Positions 36,107 through 49,420 of a stretch of 64,000 bases of DNA are shown in pieces. The stretch lies in NCBI RefSeq assembly GCF_009914755.1, contig NC_060934.1, one strand, 5' to 3'. Every line of letters starts with the position of its first letter. Position 1 is the first letter of the stretch. The translations under genes were made by a program, and so were the position numbers. Origin of the DNA: the human T2T-CHM13v2.0 reference genome, Homo sapiens. Below the pieces are notes generated by a model. It saw only the letters and a program-made list of their open reading frames with translations, made no database searches and was not told the DNA's origin.

Positions 36107-36421
36107 ATTTTTAGTTTAGTTTTTGTTTTGTTTTGTTTGAGACAGGGTCTAACTTTCTGACACCCAGACTGGAGTGCAGTGGTGTGATCATAGCTCGTCT
36201 GCAGCCTCCACCTCCCAGGCTCAAGTGGTTCTCTCACCTCAGCCTCCTGAATAGCTGGGACTACAGGATTATGCCCCCATGCCTGGCTGTTTAAAAATTT
36301 TTGGGTAGAGATGGGGTTTTGCCACGTTGCCATGGCTGGTCTCAAACTACTGGGTTTAAGCAATCCTCTTGCCTTGGCCTCCCAAAGTGTTGGGATTACA
36401 GGCATGAGCCACTGCACCCAG
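36107..36421 (-). mobile_element. AluJ
   Basis: Dimer match. Confidence 0.92.
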
Positions 36422-37239
36422 AATCACCTTTTTTTAGTTTGGAAGATGACATCTTTTTTTTTTTTTTTCTTAGAGAAGCTAGAGGGTACCAAATTAAAGT
36501 CTGTCAGTTTTTTCTGTCTCCACCTCAAAGATCACTGTATGACTTCTTTTCTTCCTTCTCGGCTGTTTCACACAAAGTTTTCCCTTTTTCTAAGGCTCAG
36601 TCCTTATCGTCTGAGACCTCCCTCTCATTATCCATCTCTCCATCCTTGACTGTTTCTAGTTCGATTGTAACACTGATCAAATCTCCTTCAAGTTCAAAAC
36701 AAACCAGCAAAACCTTCCCTTGATACTGCCATTACCTCAGAGCTATGTACCGTGCTCCTTGCCCTCCCCCCGGACTTCTCCGGATGCTAGTTGATGCCTG
36801 TTTAGCACCTGTCACTGTTTCATATACTTCTTACTGGCCACTGCCTGGTTGGCATCTACCACTTCTCTGGAATCAGCAACCCCAATAGCAGATTTAACTG
36901 CTGGTTCCATGGTTTTTGTTACTTGTCCTTTTTTGCAGTGTTTTAAATAATAATCATCTTTTCACTTATTTTTTTAAAGAAGGTCATTTAAAAAAATCAT
37001 CCTGCAGTGGAAAATTTGGAAAATATGGAAAAGTATAAAGAAGACAATTATCAACTGTAATACCAGCAGTACCTATTGTTAAGCTCTAGGGCATGTCATT
37101 TCCATCGCTCTCTTTTTAAATGCATTAAACAGAAAAGGATCACATGGTTATTTTGTGATCTGATTTTTTCTATCTTAATATATTGTGAGTATATTTCCAA
37201 GTACTTATTCTCGTGTGGCATAACATTTGTAGTTACACG

Positions 37240-37445
37240 AAGTGGCGGTGTTGAGACTGCCTTGGTTCAAATCCTGGCTTCAGTTACTGCTGCAGTGTGA
37301 CCTGAAGGAAGTTACTCCTCTGGGTTTTAGTTTCCTCATCTTGAAAATAGTTATAACATTCTTACTAACTTCTAGGGTTGCTGTAAGTATTAAGTGAGCT
37401 AACACATAGAAATAATTCTTGGCACTTAATAAACATCAGCTGTTA
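37240..37445 (+). mobile_element. MIR
   Basis: Core ggttcaaatcctggct...agtttcctcatct. Confidence 0.8.
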
Positions 37446-37893
37446 TTAACAATATTGTCTGACTGTACTATAATTTACATTATTTTTGTTTTTGCTTGTT
37501 CTGCCATCATTAAGCGTGTTGTAAGACCATACGTGTCACTAAATCTGGGTGCACAACATGATTTTTTTTAAATGTGGATTTTTATTAGTAGGATTGCTCA
37601 GCTAGTGGGTACATCATGCTCATTGCTAAGTTGCTCTCTAGAGAGGCTGCATTTATACCTCCCAAGGCTGTACAGGAGACCATTAACTTCATTACATTTT
37701 TCCAAAAAACTTTATGCTATTGCCCACATTTTGTGCTGCTCCCTTGCTAAAAGTGAATAACAATATGATCATGTTGTTACCTCTCTCTTGCCAAAACGTT
37801 GACTTGATGATAAGGGGATCACTGTGACATCATCATTACCCACAGATGTTTCTTTTTTCTCCCCCCTCCCCCTCTCTTCTCCTTCCTCCCTCC

Positions 37894-38208
37894 TTTTGTT
37901 TCTTGAGACGGGTTCTTGGCTCTGTGCAGGCTGGAGTGCAGTGACACAATCATGGCTCACTGCAGTCTGGACCTCCCAGGCTCAAGTGGTCCTCTCACTT
38001 CAGCCTCCTGAGTAGCTGGGACAGCAGGCACGCACCACCACACCCAGCTAATTTTTGTATTTTTTGTAGAGAGGGGTTTTACCACGTTCCTAGGCTGGTC
38101 TCGAACTGCATGTTCCCAGGCTGGTCTCGAACTCGTGGGCTCAAGCGATCCACCCACCTCGGCCTCCCAAATTGCTGGGATTACAGACCCGAGCCAGCAT
38201 GCCTGGCC
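37894..38208 (-). mobile_element. AluJ with internal 26-bp tandem duplication
   Basis: ca(c/t)gttcc(t/c)aggctggtctcgaact repeated at ~38083-38133. Confidence 0.92.
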
Positions 38209-38569
38209 TCACAGATATTTCTTGATCTACATTTTATTCATTATTTAGGTCCAACTTTAGCATGTGTCATGTATTTATATACAGGTTCTAAATCTTTCCA
38301 TTTGAAAAATACTCATTTTTCTATCCAAAATGAATTCAATTTTCCTTTTTATTCTAGTCCCAGTCTGTGTATGAGTAAAACCCCAAGGACCCTGTATCCT
38401 GATTTTACTATTTTTTGTTAATGGTTTGAAACAGCTTTATTAAGATATAATTCACATACCATACAATTATTTAAAGGGCACACACTTCAATGGTTTTTAG
38501 TATACTCACGGATCTGTACAACCATTATCACAGTCATGGGCAATTGGTTCAGGATTTGGGAAGAAAACG

Positions 38570-39160
38570 TATGGCATTAGGATTAAAAGTACAATGTTTA
38601 GAGTCTGGCTGATCTGGGTTTAAATCCCAAATCTACCATGTATTAACTGTGTGACTTTGAGAAGGTTACTTAATCACTATGAGCTTCAGTTTTCTTTTTT
38701 TTTCCCGTTTTTATTTTTATTTTTATTTTTATTTTGAGGCAGAGTCTTACTCTGTCACCCAGGCTGGAGTGCAGTGGCGCGATCTCGGCTCACTGCAACC
38801 TCTGCCTCCTGGGTTCAAGTGATTCTTTGCCTCAGCCTCCCAAGTAGCTGGGATTACAGGCCACCATGCTTGGCTAATTTTTGTATTTTTAGTAGAGATG
38901 GAGTTTCACCATGTTGGCCAGGCTGGTCTCGAACTCCTGACCTCAGGTGATATGCCCGCCTCAGCCTCCCAGAGTGCTGGGATTATAGATGCAAGCCACT
39001 GTGCCGGCCTGAGCTTCAGTTTTCTTATCTGTAATATGGGATTACTAGTGGTATCTGGCTCATAGGCTTATTTTAAGGATTAAGCAAGATAATAAATGTA
39101 TAGAATTTAGCACAGTAACCGGCACATAGTAAATGTTTGATAAATGGAACTCGGTAAATA
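38570..39160 (+). mobile_element. MIR split by an AluS (38689-39009, minus)
   Basis: MIR core on both sides; TSD tgagcttcagttttct. Confidence 0.85.
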
Positions 39161-40161
39161 TTATTGCCATAATTTTGTTCTTAAATCAACCAGCAAGTGT
39201 TTGATGCTATTATTAGGCAATGTTATTAAATAATGGAAGGTGTTTCTACCAGTGATTCACAGTGTTTTCTGTATCCAGCAAGCTTTTAATACAGCTGCTT
39301 GTATTATTCTCCCGTATAAACTTCTAATTACTCTCTGAAAATACAGTTGGTTTCCTGTTGATAGAGAACAATAACAGTAGCTTACACTTAGTGCTTACTG
39401 TCTGCCTGGCACTGTTCTAAGTGCCATACCTATATTAACTCCTTTGATCCTCATTTTACAGATTGGGTACGGAGGAGGTTAAACAACTTGGTCAAAGGAT
39501 TACAACAGTTAAGTGGTGGAGCCAGGATTCTAACCTTGGTATTCAGTCTGGCTACAGAGCCCATGCTCTTTCTTATCTTTATGTTCTTCTCTTTACTTCC
39601 TAAAGAATGGTAGATGCATTTCAAACATCCTGACATCTTGGCTGCTGAGGATTCTGTATGGAAAAGCACTATGAGGTCTTTAATGCTTGGTTGGAAGGAG
39701 AACTAAAATGAGCAGTTGTGTGTGCTGTGGGCATGGGCCTTAGGGCAGCTGTATATTTGTCATCTGGATCAGACCATACATTGGTGATCCTGCTTCACAA
39801 CCATAGAATCCAGACCCTCCATGGGGCCATGACCAGCCACAAAGTATCCTCCCTGACCCTCCCTGTGGAATGCTCGTGTGAACTTGCACTACTCCCTCCT
39901 TGCATAGTATCAAATCCTGCGGATCCTTGGAAGGCCACCTTAAATTACTTCCCACCTGTGAAGCAGTAAACGTTAGTGCTCTTCGGTTAATCATCATGTG
40001 TGGTGGTATGACATTTGCAGTATCATCTGTTACCATTATTTAAATTTGAATATCTTTATGTCTTGGCTCCTCATGTTGATTACATGTTTCTTGCAGGCAG
40101 GGAACTATGTCTTAAATGTTTTAAAATTTGCTTTAATGGCCCCTGGAAATATTACCAAGGG

Positions 40162-40162
<1 letters not shown>

Positions 40163-40194
<32 letters not shown>
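40163..40194. repeat. (TG)16 microsatellite
   Basis: Directly visible. Confidence 0.97.
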
Positions 40195-40197
<3 letters not shown>

Positions 40198-41163
40198 CTT
40201 TCAGTCTCACTTGTCTGTCGATAATAGAATATCTCTGAAATTCAAACATACCTAGCCTCACAAACTTAGTCCCAAAGGTACATGCTGTGTTTTTGCAAGA
40301 AGGTGGGCAGTCCCTAGTTGGCTGTTGGATTATGTGCATTGTGTTGGGGTAGTAGTTGCTGCTAATTGCCTGTCTGCAGCTCCTCAGAACCTGTTGTTGC
40401 TTCCTTTTGAAACCTTCCTTGATTGCCCTAGTTGCTGCTCATCCTGCATCCAGGCCCCTCCCTTAGGCATGTGACTCACGGATTTAAAAGACAGTGCTGT
40501 ACGGTAATTAACTACCTGCCTCTCATCACACAGAGATGAGAACTTAAATGTAGGCTTCCCATCTAAAACTTTCTTCCCTGTGTGTTTATCCACCCACGGA
40601 CATGGAGCAGCGCTGTCCCACACCTGGCCTTTTGGAGGAAATATTGCTAGACTTATTTCTCCTGTTTGAAATCACTAGTTGGCATATTCGTGTACAAGGG
40701 ATGGATTTTACATGGGTGCTCTTAATTGAAAATAATTTTATTTTCTGTAACTTCTAGAATTTTGTTAGTTTATTGATGCACACATATTGGGTGGGTGACA
40801 GTTGGGTTTTTTATGAAGATAATTTTAAGTTTTTAGTAAATAATTAAGTCAAGTATTACATGACAGTTTAATTGGACTAAATTCTGACATAACCTATACA
40901 TCCTTAAGGTGACCGGTGGTTATCATTTTCTATGAAATGTAATTAGTTTTTCAGGAAACTTTGTCCACATAAAGGAATTGATTCCACCCTTACTACCTGC
41001 TTAGCAATCCTGAAAAATATTGTAAATATAATCTTAGAGTATGCATCATTAGGAAATAAATCTATTTTGAGAAATAAATTTTAACGTACACTATTAATAG
41101 GACATTTAGAAATGTAATTTTCTAAATATATTAGAAATAATAGGACATTTAGAAATGACATTC

Positions 41164-41351
41164 TTTTTTTTTTTTTCCTTGCTTTTTGTTTGTTTGTTTG
41201 TTTTAAGACAGGGACTCACTCTGTTTCCTAGGCTGGAGTGCAATGGCGTGATCATTGCTCACTGCAGCCTCAACCTCCTGGGCTCAAGCGATCCTCCCAC
41301 CTCAGCCTCTGAAAGTGCTAGGATTACAGGGTTAGCCACCAGCACCCAGCC
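41164..41351 (-). mobile_element. Single-monomer Alu (left-arm 5' part, right-arm 3' part)
   Basis: TSD agaaat(ga/cc)cattct. Confidence 0.85.
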
Positions 41352-41545
41352 AAGAAATCCCATTCTAATGTATTAGTATGGTTTTATCTATTTTAGCAGT
41401 GTAAAATAAAGTCTTTGTGAATTATATATAGTATAATTGAATTGCCAAAATAAACATCCTTGCCCTCAAATTGCTTATGATATTGTTTCTGAAGCACAGA
41501 CATAATCTTTTGACCTTTTAAGCAAAAAATTAATTTTTCATTTAA

Positions 41546-41857
41546 CTTTTTTTGTTTGTGTGTGTGTGTGTGTGTGTGACAGGGTCTTGCCCTGTTGCCC
41601 AGGCTAGAGTATAGTGATGCAATGATGGTTTACTGCAGCCTCAACTTCCCAGGCTCAAGTGATCCTCCCACCTCAGCCTCCTGAGTAATTGGGACTGCAG
41701 GCACGTGCCACCATACTTGGCTAAATTAACATTTTTTTGTGGAAATATGGTCTTGCTATGTTGCCCACACTGGTCTTGAACTCACGGGCTGAAGTGATCC
41801 TCCTGCTTCAGTCACCCAAAGTACTGGGATTACAGGTGTGAGCCATCGTGCCTGGCC
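41546..41857 (-). mobile_element. AluJ with (CA)n tail
   Basis: Dimer match. Confidence 0.92.
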
Positions 41858-42490
41858 TTTCATTCAACTTGTAATTCACAATTTCCAGAAAAAAAGTTTT
41901 AAAATTACTGATGGAGGAAAGATCTTTGGGACTTGCTTGTAAATATGTTAATATTTGATCTTAATAAGCTCTGTCATACTAACACTGTTTATTAAACTTT
42001 GTGGTAGAATTACTACCCATAACTAAAGAATGAAATGCATATATTTGCAAATTGTTAAAAATTTATAAATCGATAGAAAAGTTGAATGAATAGTGAACAC
42101 CCTTGTGTCTTTCACTAACTCAGTGGCTCACTTGCTAACGTTTGCCTCATTTGCTTTCTCTGTTTATAAAGACATATATACTTTTTTTATTCCCCTGAGC
42201 CATTTGAAAGTAAGCTGCAAACATCTTGACATTTAACTTCTAAACATTTTAGCACGTGTATCCTAAGAGCAAGGTTGTCTTCCTGAAGAGTTACATTATC
42301 ATACTTAAGAGATATAGTATTAATACAATATTATCTAACATGTGATCCCTATTTAAATTTCATTTATTTTCTTCCCCAGAACAGTTCTTTATAGATGTTT
42401 TAATTTTTGATCCAGAAACCAAGGGAAAAAATATATCTATATCTATAGAGAGCTAAATAGATCTATATTTGATCCAGAAACCAATCAAGG

Positions 42491-42524
<34 letters not shown>

Positions 42525-43952
42525 GCTTTTGGCTGTCATATTTCTTTAGTTTCCTTTACTTTAGGATAAGCCACTACCCCACCTCCATCTACCACCCGGC
42601 AGTGGTCTTTTATGAAATCTCATCATATTTTTCCTTTTCTTATATAAGCAGTCCCACAATTTGCTGGTTATATTTCATGCCTAGATTAAAATAAGAATAT
42701 TTTGGAATGAATATACTATATAGATGGCATTAATTTTCCATTATATTACATTAGGAGAAGTAATTTTTTTTACATGTTTTTTTTCCGCTGTATAATAGTT
42801 TAGTATTTGTTTTAATATACTTCTGTTAAAGATTTGTGATACTGTGTCTTTAAATTTCAAAATAGAATTTTGTAATTTACTCTTAATTTTCTTAGTATGT
42901 TGTATTCCAAAATTATAGAAAGTGCTATAATAGACATTTATGTACATTACATAAAGTAATAGACATTTATGTAATGTGGGCATAGATTTAAATTTTTTTT
43001 AAATTGTTAAAATATTAACATTTAACCATGTCTGCTTTAGATAGGTTTAATCTTACAAGGATCTATCTACTTATCTTTCTATCTATTTATAATGTATATA
43101 TCCATTTTAAATAATAATAACAATACATGAATAAATCTGGTCCAAACTTCTATCTTGAGAAATGTAACAGCAATTTTGAACTCCTTCATCCCTCAAGACA
43201 ATTATTCCTCCCTTCCCAGAGGTAACCATCCTCCTAAATTTGATGTCATTCCCTTAGTTTTTTCTTAAGTTTTACCACATTTGTGTTGTCCCTTTAACAT
43301 ACTTTTTTTTTTAAGCTTTTCCTGTTTTTGAGCTTTATACATATGGAATTATTCTGTATATATTCTTCTTGGGCTTGATTTTTTTATTTATATTACAATT
43401 TTGAGATGTCATTTATGTTGACATTGTTAGCCGAAGTTCATTAATTTTTCACTATTTGATATAATATTCCAAATTACTGGAATATGGAATATTCTATGAA
43501 TATACCACAGTCCATTTTACTGCTGCTTGACACCTCGGTTTCACCTAGTTTTTGGTATGGAAAAAATACTGCTTTAAATATTCTTTTGCGTGGCTCATGG
43601 TAGCTAAGTACAAAAGGTTCTCTAGGTTATATGCATAGACCTGGATTGTTGAGTCTTGGGTGTATACACCATCAGCTTTACTAGGTATGGCAGAATGTCT
43701 TCTTTTACACAGTTGTGGAATAAGCCAGATGAGTTCAAGAGGAGCAAGTTTGTGAGAGGATGGACAAGTGAGTTAGTGAGTTACATTTCATTTGTTTTGA
43801 GTTTTAGCCTATTTAGTTAGAAATGTTAAGTAGGCATTTGAGATGTGTTTACTTTTTTAGCTCCACCCATCTTTGTTTTTTCCTAGGTTGACTCATTCAG
43901 GTATGTCATCTCTCCCTTCTCCTTAAAGTGGCCTTTAAAGAAAAAAGTTGCA

Positions 43953-44264
<312 letters not shown>

Positions 44265-45414
44265 TTACTTGATCGTAATAGAAGATGTGTTCAGTTTTTA
44301 TATCTTCAGTCTCAGGCCATCCGTCATATGCAGCCTTTTTGTTTTTATAGACCTTGAACCACAGAACTACATTAAGCTAGTTTGCTGTTTTCCAGGGATG
44401 ACATAAAGGAGAAGTGGGTAGAGGGTGATGCTGTTATTAGCAAGTGTGCATTCCAGGTAGCGGTTCACAAAGGGGAAAAAACGTAAAGGAAAGACGGGTG
44501 CAAGCTAAAACAAATAAGCCAGTAAGTAAAAAACCACAACACTCTTTTGTGATTATTTAGATCTGAAACAAATAGCAGCATGTATTAATAGTCCCTGATG
44601 ATTTCACTGTATTGTAGCATAACTCTGGTATTCATAATGTCAATTCTGAATTTCTTTATGTGTTGAGAGAGTGTAATCATGCTGATTTTAGCAGATCTGG
44701 TGAACCCTTAGCAATCTAGAATCACTCTCTGATAATTCCTGAATTAACAGTAGAAATTTAACTGTTTTATGTGGTGAAATTATTCTAGGAAGCTTGTTCC
44801 ATGGGACATTTACCTATTAGCTAATAAAACAAATGGTCTATTGATAATTTCTCAAAAGCTCTGTATAAAAAAAAAATATATATACAATAATTTCTCTACT
44901 GGCCGAATTGGATTTACTTGGAAAAAGAAAGAGGGTGTTATCAAAAAATTTAAATGTCTTGTTAGGTTCGTAAGTTGTAGAACAAGAATGAGAATGTGCA
45001 AGTGTTTTTATGCTTCATTGTTGGGAAGGATAAATTGCAAAAGAACATAGAGCTGGGTGATTTTCTGGGGTTCAGTCTGTTGCGGGTGCCACAGATTGGC
45101 ACTCCCCTCGGAATTGCCACACCTTCACGGAGCCAGAACAGGAGGGATACGGAGGGAAAGGGCCCTTTCCCAACTTCAGACTGAGCACCCAGAAGTTGAC
45201 CTGGGACTGCTGTTTTGTTTCTAGGAAACTAGAAACCTTGGCAGAATTGAAATTTCGTAGTGATTTTTTCTTCTTTGCTCTCCAAAAAATAAACTTGTAT
45301 GTACACACATATGTATATACACTCACACCTACATAAAAGAAAGATAATTTCAAAGAAATAATATATCTCGTATAGTCCTTGAACAGTTATTTTACTATTC
45401 AAAGTAGGTTCTTC

Positions 45415-47340
45415 AAAATTTTTAATTTGAAATAACTAGGTTTACAGGAAATTGCAAAAAATAGTAAGGAGAGGTCCCTTGTGCCTTTCACCTTTCCCTT
45501 AATGGTAACTTCTTACTACCCACAGCACAGCATTAAACTAGAAATTGACATTGGTACATTTTATGTGTTTAGTGCTGTGCTGTTTAAACATATATGTAGT
45601 TGATTTGTGAACCACTGTGGCATCAAGACACAAATGCTGCCACCACCAAGCTCTCCCTTGTGCTGCACACACCTGCCCCATGGCAGCCAGTAATCTGCTT
45701 TTCATCTCTATGATGTTGACATTTCGAGGATATTAATAAATGGAATCACATAGTATGTGACCTTTTAAAATTAGCTTATTTTCACTTGGCGCAATTCCTT
45801 GAGATCTATCCAAGTTGTGTGAATCAACAGTTCTTTCCTTTTTATTGCTGAATAGGATTCCATGGTTTGTTTAACCATTCACCTTTTGAAAGATAATCTC
45901 TTTCCCTAGTTTTTGGCTTTTAACAGTAAAGCAGCTGTGAACATTCATGTTCAGTTTTTTGTGTGGACATAAATTTTTATTTCTTTGGGAGAGGTGCTGT
46001 TAAAGAAAAAAAAATTATTCAGTGACACTTGTTAAAGCATGGGAAGGAAGACATTATTCAGGATCATCCCTGTAAGTGTAGGGACCACTACAATAGTGTC
46101 TTACAGTGGGTGGGGAGAGAGCGTGGCCTCAGTGCTGGATGTAGCATGGGGAAGTGGGAATTTGTAGCCAAGGAGCTGGTTGAGGGCCAGTGGATGGAAA
46201 ATTCTCAAGAGGAAATGTCAGGTGTAAGGGGTTTCTGCCTAAACTGACCGTAACAGGATTCTTTCTTGCTGAAGACAGGCCAAGGTGATCAGACATCAGC
46301 TGGAGGGTGGCAGAAGAAGAAGAGGGTAATCAGACACCTTGACGGGAGGTTTGCTAATCTGGCTTAGCAGGGTTCTTTGCTAAAACAGGAATTTACAAGG
46401 AAGTACACAGATAGGCCTGGGAGAAAAGTTCAGGAGCCTGGCTCATTTGGTCAAGCAAAGAATCTTTGCCAGAGCCCAGGGGTGTGCAGTTGGTGGCTTA
46501 CCTGTAAGTAGCTGTGCCATTTTACATGCTCACTGGCAGTGTATGAGAGATCCAGTTTCTTCACATTCGTGTCCACATTTGGTGTTGTCACTATTTTTTT
46601 ATTTTAGCTGTGCCAGTAGGTGTGCAGCATAGTTTGGTTTGCGTTTCCCTGATGTCTAGTAATGTTGACCATATCTTTTCATGCGCGTATTTGCCGTCTA
46701 TATATCCTCTTCAATAAAATGTCTTTATATTTCTTGCCCATTTTCTAGTTGAAATTTTTTTCAATTGTTGAGCTTTGAGATTTCTTTATATATCCTAGAT
46801 GAGGCTTTTATCACATATATTGTTAGCAAATATATTTTCCTAGCCTGTACCTCATTTTTTTGCCTTCTTAAACAGGTCTTTTGTAGAGCAAACATTTTTA
46901 ATTTTGTTGAAGTTCAGTTTATCGTGTTTTTTTTTCTTTCATGGATTGTATTTTTGGTGTCATTCCCCATTCCCCATTCCCCACTCTCCAGCCCCAGACG
47001 GCCACGAATCTACTCTCGGTCTCTGTGAAATTGCCTATTCTGAATATTTCCTATAAGTGGAATCATATGTCTGGCTTCTTTCACTTAGCATATATTCAGG
47101 CCTCATCCCTGTTGTATCATGAACCAGTTCTTTTTATGGCTTCGTTTATTTTTAAGGTTGAATAATGTTCCACTGCATGGATAAGACCACATTTTGTTTA
47201 GCCATTTGTCAGCTGATCGGCAATTAAGGTTGTTTTCACTTCTTCGTCTGCATCAGTACAGCTGCATGTGTACCCTTCAGCCCTGCACCTTCCTTATACA
47301 CGATGCACAGATGTACGCATGCGAGTACTTGTGTGTACGG
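45415..47340 (-). mobile_element. L1M (MC/MD/MB-like) 3' fragments, interrupted by an LTR
   Basis: Antisense L1 3'UTR motifs ttgaaataactaggtttacaggaaattgcaaaaaatagta and gctgtgaacattcatgt. Confidence 0.75.
45998..46471 (-). mobile_element. ERV1 solo LTR, MER31/MER67-like
   Basis: TG...CA termini; reverse complement begins tggcaaagattctttgcttgaccaaa; 4-bp TSD gtgc/gagc. Confidence 0.75.
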
Positions 47341-47555
47341 TTTTGTTTTCTTTTTTAAATAATGGAGGATTAACTTATTTTATAGTTTTTTTCTTCGATA
47401 TTTGGGATGTCTTTTTATGTCTATATAAAAAGATATATCTCATTATTTTAAATGACTATGTAGTGTTTAATGTGACTGCTTAATTGATCCTATTCTAATA
47501 AACATTTAGATGACATTGGGTAACTTCTTGTTTTTCTTTTTTATATAACAGTGGC

Positions 47556-47867
<312 letters not shown>

Positions 47868-48267
47868 TCATCCTTGTACAAGTGTCTTTTTTGGTGCATA
47901 GCTCATTTTACCTACTTTTGGATTTTTCTCTTCAATGCCATTTGTCATTAACTTATTTAGAAGTGTATTGATTACCTCCTATAGGCCAGGCACTGTACTG
48001 TGTATCAGACACTAGGGACACAAGCACTAGTAAAATGCTATGGCTATACTCAAGTTTTTTGTAAAGATGATATACCTATAAGTAGGTAATCATGGTTCAC
48101 TGTGATAAGTGCACAATGTGTTATTACTAGAATCCTGTGGAACGAACTGTAGCAGAAGGTAAGGCAGGTTACGTTAAATAGATTGAAAACAGATTATAGC
48201 AGTCTGTGAATGCCCTTCTAATGAATTTGGACTTCATTTTGTACATAATTAGAAATCATTGAAAAAG

Positions 48268-48590
<323 letters not shown>

Positions 48591-48619
48591 TTAAATTTTT
48601 TAACTTTAGTAAATTTTTG

Positions 48620-49420
48620 TGCTGTGACTGTTTTAGAACACTTTATCACCTCCCACAATCACTGCCTTCTACCTCCTCATCTAGGCAACCACTGCTTATT
48701 TTCTGTCTCTAAATTTGCTTTTCCTAAACATTTATGCGTTGGAAACGTACAGTATGCAGTATTTTTACATTGGCTTCTTTCATCTAGCGTGTCTTTGAGG
48801 CTCATGTATGCTGTAATGTGTATCAGTATTTTGTGCCTTTTTACTGCCTAATGATATTCCATTCTGTGGTGATGACAATTTATGTGCTCAGCAATTGATG
48901 GATGTTTGGATTGTTTCCAGTTTTTGGTTATTATGAACAAAGCTGCTATGAACATCTGTAGATAAATCTTTGTGTGGGCACATATTTCTCTTGGGAAAAG
49001 GAAATTTTGGATCCTGTGATAAGTTTATATATAACTTTAAGAAATTAGGGCATGGTGGCTCACGCTTATAATCCCAGTGACTCGGGAGACTGAGGCGGGA
49101 GGATTGCTTGAGCTCAAGAGGTCAAGGCTGAAGTGAGCCATGATTGGGCTACTGCACTCTAGCCTGGACAACAGAGTGAGACCTCACCTCTAAAAGAACA
49201 AAGAAAAAAAATTTACAGACTATTCCTCAAAGTGACTGCATCATTTTACAGTCCTGTCAGCAATGTATGCGGGTTCCAGCTTCTCCAGATGCTCGACACT
49301 TGGTATTGTCTTTTGATTATGGCCATTTTAATGGCTGTATAGTGTATCTCATTGTAGTTTTAACTTGCATCTTCCTAATGACAGGGTGTTTATAATCTTT
49401 TCATGAAGCATAGTTATATT
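48620..49420 (-). mobile_element. L1M 3' fragment containing a FRAM-like monomer (49048-49210, plus)
   Basis: ttggattgtttccagtttttggttattatgaacaaagctgctatgaacat motif. Confidence 0.8.
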
